Positions 46,713 to 54,580 of a stretch of 56,439 nucleotides of DNA are shown piece by piece (position 1 is the first letter of the stretch; each line of letters starts with the position of its first letter). This DNA comes from an uncultured Ruminococcus sp. (GTDB lineage Bacteria; Bacillota; Clostridia; Oscillospirales; Acutalibacteraceae): NCBI GenBank assembly GCA_902761025.1, contig CACWIU010000002.1, positions 9,517 to 65,955 of the forward strand. The letters run 5' to 3'. The notes under the pieces were generated by a model, which saw only the letters and a list, made by a program, of their open reading frames with translations, searched no databases and was not told where the DNA came from. The position numbers and the translations under genes were made by a program.

Positions 46713-48479
46713 ATGTCACTTGTTAATATAAAAATTGAAGGAATATCCTATCAGGTTGAAGCAGGTCTTACTATCCTTGAGGCTGCAAGACAGTGCGGAT
46801 ACGATATTCCGTCGTTATGCGCGTTCAATCACGGTCAATGCTCCTCCGGTTCATGCCGCGTATGTCTTGTAGAGGCTACCGGCGCAAGAGGTCTTGTTGC
46901 GTCCTGCGTTTACCCTGTTGCAGAGGGTATGGAAATCCGTATTTCTTCGCCAAAGGCTGTTAAAGCAAGAAGAACTTCCGTTGAGCTGATTTTGTCAAAT
47001 CACAACAAAAACTGTCAGCAGTGTTCCAAAAACGGCAACTGCGAACTCTTAAATGTTGCAAAGCTTACAGGCGCAAGAGAAAACGTCTTTGTAGGCGAGA
47101 AAACTCCTACGACTTATGATGACTTAACACCGTCTATTGTCAGAGATACTTCCAAGTGTATTCTCTGCGGCAGATGCGTTGTAAGATGTCAGGAAGCTCA
47201 CGGCAACGGCATTCTCGGATTTGAGAACAGAGGTTTCGCTACAATCGTTGCTCCCGCAGGAAATCGTTCGTTTAAAGACTCTCCGTGTCTGCTCTGCGGT
47301 CAGTGCGTAAACGTATGTCCCACAGGGGCTTTAATGCAGAAGTCTGAAATTTACAAAATTGACGAGGCTATGGCTGCCGGCAAACATGTTATTGTCCAAA
47401 CTGCTCCGGCTGTGCGCGCTTCTCTCGGCGAAGAGTTCGGCATGAAAGTTGGTACTCCCGTAACAGGCAAAATGGTTGCGGCTCTCAGACGCCTTGGTTT
47501 TGACAAGGTTTACGATACAAACTTCGGCGCTGACTTGACTATCATGGAAGAGGCTAACGAGCTTTTGGCAAGAATTAAGAACGGCGGCACACTTCCGATG
47601 ATTACTTCGTGTTCTCCGGGTTGGGTAAATTACGCAGAGTATTACTATGGCGACTGCCTTGATCATCTTTCTTCCTGTAAATCTCCCCATGAAATGGAAG
47701 GCGCTATCATTAAGTCTTACTATGCTGAAAAGAACGGCATTGACCCGAAAGATATCTTTGTTGTTTCTATTATGCCCTGTACTGCTAAGAAGTATGAGAA
47801 AGAACGTCCGGCTCTCGTTACTAACGGCTTGCCTGATGTTGACGCTGTTTTGACAACTCGCGAACTCGGCGACCTTATCAAGCGTTCGGGTATTAATTTC
47901 GCTAAGCTCCCGGACGAAGAGTTCGACCAGGATTTGGTTGGCACATACACAGGCGCAGGCGTTATCTTCGGCGTAACAGGCGGCGTTATGGAAGCTGCTC
48001 TCAGAACTGCTTACTTTGCGCTTGAAGGCAAAGAGTACGGTCCCGTAAACTTCACAGAAGTTCGTGGTTTTGACGGCGTTAAAGAGGCTACGTTCGTTCT
48101 TGCCGGCAATGAAATTAAAGTTGCTGTTGCTCATGGCATGAAGAACGCTAAGCCGATTATGGACGATATCCGCGCAGGCAAATCTCCTTACACATTTATC
48201 GAGATTATGTGCTGTCCGGGCGGCTGCATTAACGGCGGCGGTCAGTCCTATGTTCGCCCGACACTTCTCCCGAATGAAGACCTCGATATTCTCGACACCT
48301 ATATGTCAAAGCGCGCTGAGGCTCTGTATTCCGAAGACGAAAGACAGGCTCTCCGTCAGTCGCATAACAATCCGCAGATTCAGCAGCTTTATTCGGAGTT
48401 TCTCGGCGAGCCTAACTCTCACAAGGCACATGAACTTCTCCACACAACTTATGTAAAAGACAGAGTAAGATTTGATTAA
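46713..48479 (+). CDS. hydA: [FeFe]-hydrogenase catalytic subunit (multi-cluster, group-A3-like architecture)
   Basis: N-terminal 2Fe-2S and 4Fe-4S domains. H-domain signatures L1 TSCSPGW (variant), L2 MPCTAKKYE, L3 EIMCCPGGCINGGGQ. Confidence 0.93.
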   Translation: MSLVNIKIEGISYQVEAGLTILEAARQCGYDIPSLCAFNHGQCSSGSCRVCLVEATGARGLVASCVYPVAEGMEIRISSPKAVKARRTSVELILSNHNKNCQQCSKNGNCELLNVAKLTGARENVFVGEKTPTTYDDLTPSIVRDTSKCILCGRCVVRCQEAHGNGILGFENRGFATIVAPAGNRSFKDSPCLLCGQCVNVCPTGALMQKSEIYKIDEAMAAGKHVIVQTAPAVRASLGEEFGMKVGTPVTGKMVAALRRLGFDKVYDTNFGADLTIMEEANELLARIKNGGTLPMITSCSPGWVNYAEYYYGDCLDHLSSCKSPHEMEGAIIKSYYAEKNGIDPKDIFVVSIMPCTAKKYEKERPALVTNGLPDVDAVLTTRELGDLIKRSGINFAKLPDEEFDQDLVGTYTGAGVIFGVTGGVMEAALRTAYFALEGKEYGPVNFTEVRGFDGVKEATFVLAGNEIKVAVAHGMKNAKPIMDDIRAGKSPYTFIEIMCCPGGCINGGGQSYVRPTLLPNEDLDILDTYMSKRAEALYSEDERQALRQSHNNPQIQQLYSEFLGEPNSHKAHELLHTTYVKDRVRFD

Positions 48480-48498
48480 TTAAATCGTTCTAATATAT

Positions 48499-48546
48499 AA
48501 AAAAAACTAACCGTTAGTTCAATGAATTAGCGGTTAGTTTTTTTAT
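48499..48546. terminator. bidirectional terminator between hydA and hydF
   Basis: Stem ACTAACCG (48506-13) / CGGTTAGT (48531-38), flanked by an A7 run upstream and a T7 run downstream. Confidence 0.7.
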
Positions 48547-48557
48547 TAACGCTTTTT

Positions 48558-49763
48558 TCAAAAAGCAGACAGTATTCTTTTTATTTCGGGAAAAATTTCT
48601 AAACTGCGTTCCAAAATTCCATTTGCATAAGCTATTGTCATTCCGTAATTTGTAATAGGCACACCCTCGTCATTCGCGCATTTTATGCGGTACTTCATTT
48701 CCCTTTCGTTCAGCATACAGCCGCCGCAATGCACTATCAAAGAATATGACGATAATTCTGTCGGAAACTCCGTACCCGATGTAAACTCATAATTCAATTT
48801 TTTCCCCGTATAACGGCTAATCCAATTCGGCAGCTTTACTGTTCCGATATCTCCGCACTGCCTGTGATGCGTACAGCCTTCGCTTATTAATACTGTATCG
48901 TTATCATTAAGCTTGTCAAGCGCTGCCGCTCCCCTTACCTGCTCTTCAAGATTTCCTTTATGTCTTGCAAATAAAATAGAAAAAGAAGTCAAACATACAT
49001 CGTCGGGCACTATCGCTGAAACTTTTTTAAATGCCTGCGAATCGGTAACAACATACTTAGGCAGCTTTTTTAAACTCGCAAGAGTTTCCGCAAGCTCAGT
49101 TTCCCTACACATTACGGAAGTGCAGCCGCAATCCAATAATTCTCTAATCGTTTGCTGCTGCGGCAAAATAAGCCTGCCCTTAGGCGCTGACGAATCAATG
49201 GGAATTACTAAAACAACTGTATCTCCGCTGCTTACTTTATCTGAAATAATCGGATATTCAGGTTTATACTCAGGCAAAAGCTTTGCAATTTTTTCTTTAA
49301 GCTCATTAATATTTTTTCCCGTTAGTGAACTTACTGATATTTCACTTTCAGATTTTGCCTCATAATCAGAAATATCACACTTGTTATAGACAATTAAAAA
49401 CGGAATAGCTTTTAATTTTATTTTGTCAAGTATGTCATTGTCATATTTTGTAATACCTGTCGTGCTGTCAATTACAAGCAATGCGATATCTGTCTTATTT
49501 AAAACTTGATAAGTCTTTTTTATACGCAACTCGCCCAGTTCTCCCGTGTCGTCAAGTCCGGGCGTATCAATCACAACAACAGGGCCTAAAGGAAGTATTT
49601 CCATGGCTTTTGAAACGGGGTCTGTCGTTGTTCCTTTCATATCGGACACAATGGCAAGGCTTTGACCTGTAACCGCATTGATTAAACTTGACTTTCCGGC
49701 ATTTCTTCTGCCAAAAATACCTATGTGTACTCTGTCTGCATTCGGCGTGCTGTTCAAGCTCAT
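48558..49763 (-). CDS. hydF: [FeFe]-hydrogenase maturation GTPase HydF
   Basis: GRRNAGKSSLINA (G1), DTPGLDD (G3), NKCD (G4), and C-terminal CTHHRQCGD cluster motif. GGAGG lies 7 nt upstream of ATG 49763. Confidence 0.92.
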   Translation of the reverse strand: MSLNSTPNADRVHIGIFGRRNAGKSSLINAVTGQSLAIVSDMKGTTTDPVSKAMEILPLGPVVVIDTPGLDDTGELGELRIKKTYQVLNKTDIALLVIDSTTGITKYDNDILDKIKLKAIPFLIVYNKCDISDYEAKSESEISVSSLTGKNINELKEKIAKLLPEYKPEYPIISDKVSSGDTVVLVIPIDSSAPKGRLILPQQQTIRELLDCGCTSVMCRETELAETLASLKKLPKYVVTDSQAFKKVSAIVPDDVCLTSFSILFARHKGNLEEQVRGAAALDKLNDNDTVLISEGCTHHRQCGDIGTVKLPNWISRYTGKKLNYEFTSGTEFPTELSSYSLIVHCGGCMLNEREMKYRIKCANDEGVPITNYGMTIAYANGILERSLEIFPEIKRILSAF

Positions 49764-49799
49764 GAAATTACCTCCATTCTGTCTAAGAACCAAAAAATT

Positions 49800-51248
49800 T
49801 TAAAATCTGAAATCTCTCTTGCCTAAATGAATGTTTTCAATGTATTCAGCCGCAAGTTTTCTTGCCTTTTCATTCGGGATTTTTTTCAATTCTTCCGTAA
49901 TAAGCTTTTCACCTATTGCCTTTGTTTCTGGAGAAGCATAATCTTCAAGAAACTCTTTCAATGTCATAAGAGCATTTGGGTGACAGCAGTTTTGTATTTG
50001 TCCCGTTTTGCACAAGCTCATAAAGCGGTCGCCTGTTCTTCCCGCACGGTAACAAGCCGTACAAAATGACGGTATATATCCCAAGTCCATAAGCCAACGC
50101 ACAACTTCGTCAAGAGAACGCTGGTCTGATACGTCAAACTGCTCCGTATCATGCGGTCTTTCGTCTTCGGAATAACCTGCGTATCCTCCTACAGATGTTC
50201 TTGACGCTCCCGAAATTTGAGATACTCCCAATCCCAATACTTTATCTCGGCAGCTTTCGCTTTCTCTTGTAGATACAATCATTCCAGTATACGGAACGGC
50301 AATTCTTATACAAGCAATAATCTTTGCAAAAGTATCGTCGTCTATTCCGTTGTCAAACACATCTGGGTCAATGTCGTCCGCACGTTTTATTCTCGGTACG
50401 CTTATTGTATGAGGACCCACTCCGTGGACTGCCTCTAAATGCTCTGCGTGCATGAGCAATCCTGCAAACTCGTATTTGTAAAGCTCCAGTCCAAACAATA
50501 CCCCTATGCCCACGTCGTCAATGCCGCCCTCCATTGCTCTGTCCATTGCTTCCGTATGATAGGCATAATTATGTTTGGGGCCTGCCGGGTGCAGCTTCTC
50601 ATAGCTTTCTTTGTGATAAGTTTCTTGGAAAAGTATATAAGTGCCAATCTCGGCTTCTTTCAGCTTGCGATAATTTTCAACGGTTGTTGCGGCAATATTT
50701 ACGTTTACTCTTCTTATTGCTCCGTTTTTATGCTTCACCGAATATATAGTCTTGATACACTCTACAATATATTCAATCGGATTGTTTACCGGGTCTTCGC
50801 CTGCCTCGATTGCAAGACGCTTATGTCCCATATCCTGCAAAGCGATTACTTCCGCCGCAACTTCCTCTTGAGTAAGCTTCTTTCTCGGAATAGTCTTATT
50901 TTGATAATGATACGGACAGTATACGCATTTGTTCACGCAATAATTGGAAAGATAAAGCGGTGCAAACATAACAATTCTGTTGCCGTAAAATGCTTCCTTA
51001 ATCTCTTTCGCAAGTTCATACATCTTTTCTACAAGGTCGGGAATCTCGCACGCAAGCAGCACGCTCGCCTCTCGGTGAGTAAGTCCCTTACATTCCACGC
51101 CACGCCCGGTTTTTTGAGGACGTGCTTTTTCAAGTATTTCCTCAATCAGTTGGCGGTTATTTTTATTTTTCTCGGCATAATCCAATGTTTCGAGAATTTC
51201 TTCATGATTTATAAATTCCTCTGCTTTCAGAGATTTCGGGTCATACAT
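49800..51248 (-). CDS. hydG: [FeFe]-hydrogenase maturase HydG (radical SAM tyrosine lyase)
   Basis: CVNKCVYCPY radical-SAM motif and C-terminal CTACYRAGRTGDRFMSLC cluster motif. Confidence 0.93.
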   Translation of the reverse strand: MYDPKSLKAEEFINHEEILETLDYAEKNKNNRQLIEEILEKARPQKTGRGVECKGLTHREASVLLACEIPDLVEKMYELAKEIKEAFYGNRIVMFAPLYLSNYCVNKCVYCPYHYQNKTIPRKKLTQEEVAAEVIALQDMGHKRLAIEAGEDPVNNPIEYIVECIKTIYSVKHKNGAIRRVNVNIAATTVENYRKLKEAEIGTYILFQETYHKESYEKLHPAGPKHNYAYHTEAMDRAMEGGIDDVGIGVLFGLELYKYEFAGLLMHAEHLEAVHGVGPHTISVPRIKRADDIDPDVFDNGIDDDTFAKIIACIRIAVPYTGMIVSTRESESCRDKVLGLGVSQISGASRTSVGGYAGYSEDERPHDTEQFDVSDQRSLDEVVRWLMDLGYIPSFCTACYRAGRTGDRFMSLCKTGQIQNCCHPNALMTLKEFLEDYASPETKAIGEKLITEELKKIPNEKARKLAAEYIENIHLGKRDFRF

Positions 51249-51269
51249 TATCTATTATTCCTCTCATAT

Positions 51270-52352
51270 TTAAATATTGTTTTGTGTGTAACTTTTGCAG
51301 ACATCGCCGCGGCTGATTTTGATTTTGCAGCCTGTAGATTCTACTCTATGGGCAAGACATTGTATACATTGGGCTGATTCTTCGCCCGTACAAATTTTAT
51401 TGTCATAAAGCATATATTTTTTTCGTACTTCGACAGGCGACAAATTAGGCATTAATACGTTAGCACCGGCTTTAATGCCCAATTCTCTGCCGTTTGGTGC
51501 AATCGTTCCCAACGCTGTTGTTGCCGGAATAAGTGCGTAAGGCAATGACAGACGTATTAAACCAATCATAAACAAGGTCAATTCCAAAGTTCCCGAGGCT
51601 TTATCCGCAAAAGGCGTGTCTTTATGAGCTATAAAAGGTCCTATTCCTACCATTGCTGGCTTTAGAGATTGTAGAAACAGCATATCGGACGCAAGATTCT
51701 CCGCTGTCTGATACGGAGAACCTACCATAAATCCGGTGCCGACTTGATATCCTATCTCTTTCAAATCTTTTAGACAACGCAGACACTCCCGACGGCGCGT
51801 CCACGAATGGTCGGCGGGGTGCAGTTTCGCATAATGATTGTAATCTGCCGTTTCATGCCTGAGCAAAAAGCGGTCTGCTCCCGCTTGAAAATACCGAAGA
51901 TAACTTTCTCTGCTTTTTTCGCCGATTGATAAAGTAACAGCACAATCCGGATATTCTTTTTTGATAGAAGAAACTATTTCGCAAATTCTGTCATCGTTAA
52001 AATACGGGTCTTCGCCGCCTTGCAGAACAAATGTTCTGAATCCTAATTCACAACCCTCATGACAGCACTGCATTATATCAGGCAATAACAAGCGATATCT
52101 CGAAACATTTGCGTTACTTCTGCGGATACCGCAATAATAACAGTCATTCTTGCAATAATTTGTAAATTCTATCAAGCCTCTGATATAAACATCATTTCCG
52201 TAATATTCTTCTCTGCGTTTTTGTGACAGCGAAAATAAATATTTTGCCGTTTCTTCATCTCTTTTTTTAATCAGCTCCGCATATTCGTCAAAGCTTAAAT
52301 TTGACGTTTGATAAAGCTTATCTACAAGTTCATGTTTTGTGTTAATTGTCAT
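51270..52352 (-). CDS. hydE: [FeFe]-hydrogenase maturase HydE (radical SAM)
   Basis: CKNDCYYCGIRR radical-SAM motif, BioB-like fold. ATGA overlap with the upstream small gene. Confidence 0.92.
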   Translation of the reverse strand: MTINTKHELVDKLYQTSNLSFDEYAELIKKRDEETAKYLFSLSQKRREEYYGNDVYIRGLIEFTNYCKNDCYYCGIRRSNANVSRYRLLLPDIMQCCHEGCELGFRTFVLQGGEDPYFNDDRICEIVSSIKKEYPDCAVTLSIGEKSRESYLRYFQAGADRFLLRHETADYNHYAKLHPADHSWTRRRECLRCLKDLKEIGYQVGTGFMVGSPYQTAENLASDMLFLQSLKPAMVGIGPFIAHKDTPFADKASGTLELTLFMIGLIRLSLPYALIPATTALGTIAPNGRELGIKAGANVLMPNLSPVEVRKKYMLYDNKICTGEESAQCIQCLAHRVESTGCKIKISRGDVCKSYTQNNI

Positions 52353-52600
52353 ACTTCCTCTGCTTTTGAGTAAATACTCTTTGAAGTGACACCCTCAATT
52401 TTTCCCAATTTTCCCGAAAGAGCATTGATTACGTCGCTGGGTGCGTCAAGAACCACGCTTATTACGCTCAGTCCGTCGCGAACTTTCGGAAGTCCCATTC
52501 TGCCTATAATATAATTCGAGTATTCGTGAAAAATAGAGTTAATTTCATCGGATACGTCATTGTTTTCAATCATAATACCTATTAATGCCACTCTGTTCAT
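52349..52600 (-). CDS. TM1266-family putative iron-only hydrogenase system regulator (small ACT/NikR-C-like protein)
   Basis: 83 aa, VALIGIMIENND...IIGRMGLP...LSVISVVLDAP...GKLGKIEGV pattern. First gene of the hydE-hydG-hydF operon. GGAGG lies 8 nt upstream. Confidence 0.7.
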   Translation of the reverse strand: MNRVALIGIMIENNDVSDEINSIFHEYSNYIIGRMGLPKVRDGLSVISVVLDAPSDVINALSGKLGKIEGVTSKSIYSKAEEV

Positions 52601-52613
52601 ATAATAAACCTCC

Positions 52614-52650
52614 GTAAAAAAAATATCCGCCCCAAAAAGAGCGGATATTT
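52614..52650 (-). terminator. canonical intrinsic terminator inside the leader of the hyd maturation operon (also downstream of icd)
   Basis: Minus strand AAATATCCGC tctttttggg GCGGATATTT followed by TTTTT. The SD of the next gene begins 2 nt after the T-run. Confidence 0.7.
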
Positions 52651-52728
52651 GTTAAAAAATTATTTTAAAACTAAAGTCCAACTCTTTTCCATTAGAAACA
52701 ATATCTTTTGGATTAGATGTCAATCAAT

Positions 52729-52757
52729 ATTATATCATTTGTTTGAAAATAAGTCAA
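52729..52757 (-). promoter_or_regulatory. consensus sigma-A promoter upstream of the leader/terminator
   Basis: Minus strand TTGACT (52757-52752), 17 nt, TATAAT (52734-52729), starting 8 nt after the icd stop codon. Confidence 0.55.
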
Positions 52758-52764
52758 TCGTTTT

Positions 52765-53976
52765 TTAAAGCATTTCTTTCAATCTTTTGTCAACTTCTTT
52801 AAGGAAAGTTTCGGTATCAACCTTGCGGATATTGTCCAGCTTTGACAGCAAAGCCAAGTCACCTGTCATAACGCCCTCTTCGATAGTCTGAATTGCAGCT
52901 TTTTCAAGCTTATCCGCAAATTCGCACAAATCGGGAGTATTGTCAAGCTCGCCTCTCTTGCGAATCGCTCCTGTCCATGCGAACAATGTCGCAACTGAAT
53001 TTGTCGAAGTTGTTTCGCCTTTGAGATATTTGTAATAATGTCTTTGCACAGTACCGTGAGCCGCTTCGTATTCGTATATTCCGTCAGGAGATACAAGCAC
53101 TGAGGTCATCATTGCAAGCGAACCAAATGCGGTTGCTATCATATCGGACATTACGTCGCCGTCATAATTTTTACAAGCCCAGATATAACCGCCCTCGGAA
53201 CGAATTACACGAGCCACAGCGTCGTCAATCAATGTGTAAAAATAAGAAATTCCTGCGTTGGCAAATTTTTCTTTGTACTCGTTTTCAAAGATTTCATTAA
53301 AAATATCTTTAAAGCGGTGGTCATATTTTTTAGAGATAGTATCCTTTGTTGCAAACCAAATATCTTGTTTCAAGTCCAAAGCATAATTAAAGCATGAACG
53401 TGCAAAGCTGCCTATACTCTTATCTAAGTTATGAACGCCTTGTATAATGCCGTCTGTCGCAAAATTATGAATTAAGGAACGCTCTTCCGTACCGTCTGCC
53501 TTTGTAACACATAATTCCGCTTTGCTGCCTGCCTCAACGGTCATTTCCGTATTTTTATAGACATCGCCGTAAGCGTGACGGGCAATAGTAATAGGCTTTG
53601 TCCATGTCGGTATATAAGGAGTTATTCCTTTTACCAAAATCGGACTTCTGAAAACAGTACCGTCCAGAGCCGCACGGATTGTGCCGTTTGGAGATTTCCA
53701 CATTTCCTTTAGATTATATTCTTTTACTCTGTCCGCATTCGGAGTAATAGTCGCACACTTTACGGCAACGCCGTATTTCTTAGCAGCTTCGGCACTGTCT
53801 ATTGTTACCCGGTCATTAGTTTCATTTCTGTTAACTAATCCCAAATCGTAATATTCTGTCTTTAAGTCAATGTAAGGCGTAAGGAGAATATCCTTAATCA
53901 TCTTCCATATAACTCTTGTCATCTCATCGCCGTCCATTTCGACGATAGGTGTTTTCATCTGTATTTTATCAGCCAT
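52765..53976 (-). CDS. icd: NADP-dependent isocitrate dehydrogenase (eukaryote-like ~400-aa type)
   Basis: [50 protein letters not shown] lies 7 nt upstream of ATG 53976. Confidence 0.93.
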   Translation of the reverse strand: MADKIQMKTPIVEMDGDEMTRVIWKMIKDILLTPYIDLKTEYYDLGLVNRNETNDRVTIDSAEAAKKYGVAVKCATITPNADRVKEYNLKEMWKSPNGTIRAALDGTVFRSPILVKGITPYIPTWTKPITIARHAYGDVYKNTEMTVEAGSKAELCVTKADGTEERSLIHNFATDGIIQGVHNLDKSIGSFARSCFNYALDLKQDIWFATKDTISKKYDHRFKDIFNEIFENEYKEKFANAGISYFYTLIDDAVARVIRSEGGYIWACKNYDGDVMSDMIATAFGSLAMMTSVLVSPDGIYEYEAAHGTVQRHYYKYLKGETTSTNSVATLFAWTGAIRKRGELDNTPDLCEFADKLEKAAIQTIEEGVMTGDLALLSKLDNIRKVDTETFLKEVDKRLKEML

Positions 53977-54556
53977 TCCACGGTTCTCCTTTATTACAAA
54001 TACTTTTATCTGCATCGGGTACCAGCATTTTTATATAATCAATTATTTCGTCAAAAGGCGGGTGCCTTTCTTCAATGCAGTTAACGCCGCACAAAGTTAA
54101 CTTTTTATTATTATTTAGCTTAATCACTATAGTTTTAGTCGTTGGAACTCCTTTGTAACGCTTTGTTTCACAATATATCGCTTTAACCTCGGACAAATCT
54201 GCAATAGTTCCAAACACCTTTCCAAAAATATAATGCTTGCCGCAAATAACTCTTCCGTCAAGAAATTTTTTTCCGTTTTTATAACTGTCCAAAAGAAAAG
54301 TTTCTTTGCCGTCTTTCTCTGCTTGTTTTATAGACTTTTTTGCGAGTATCAGATAACAATACCTTATGCAGCAAAATACAATTCCCATAACTGCCATAAC
54401 AATTCCTGTGACCGCCGCTTTTAACTCGTCGGCTGAAACAGCTTTAACTACAAAATACATAATAGGGGCAAGCAATACAGTCACTATTCCCATAATAAAA
54501 ACTGTCTTGGGCGGAGTTACGTATTTTATAATTTCCTGCATTTCGGTACTATTCAT
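53969..54556 (-). CDS. uncharacterised two-TM membrane protein embedded in the aconitase-icd operon
   Basis: AGAGG lies 7 nt upstream of ATG 54556. Two hydrophobic helices ([35 protein letters not shown]) and a ~110-aa soluble tail. The stop overlaps the icd start (ATGGCTGA). Confidence 0.7.
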   Translation of the reverse strand: MNSTEMQEIIKYVTPPKTVFIMGIVTVLLAPIMYFVVKAVSADELKAAVTGIVMAVMGIVFCCIRYCYLILAKKSIKQAEKDGKETFLLDSYKNGKKFLDGRVICGKHYIFGKVFGTIADLSEVKAIYCETKRYKGVPTTKTIVIKLNNNKKLTLCGVNCIEERHPPFDEIIDYIKMLVPDADKSICNKGEPWNG

Positions 54557-54580
54557 CTGATAACCTCTATATTTTAATAA

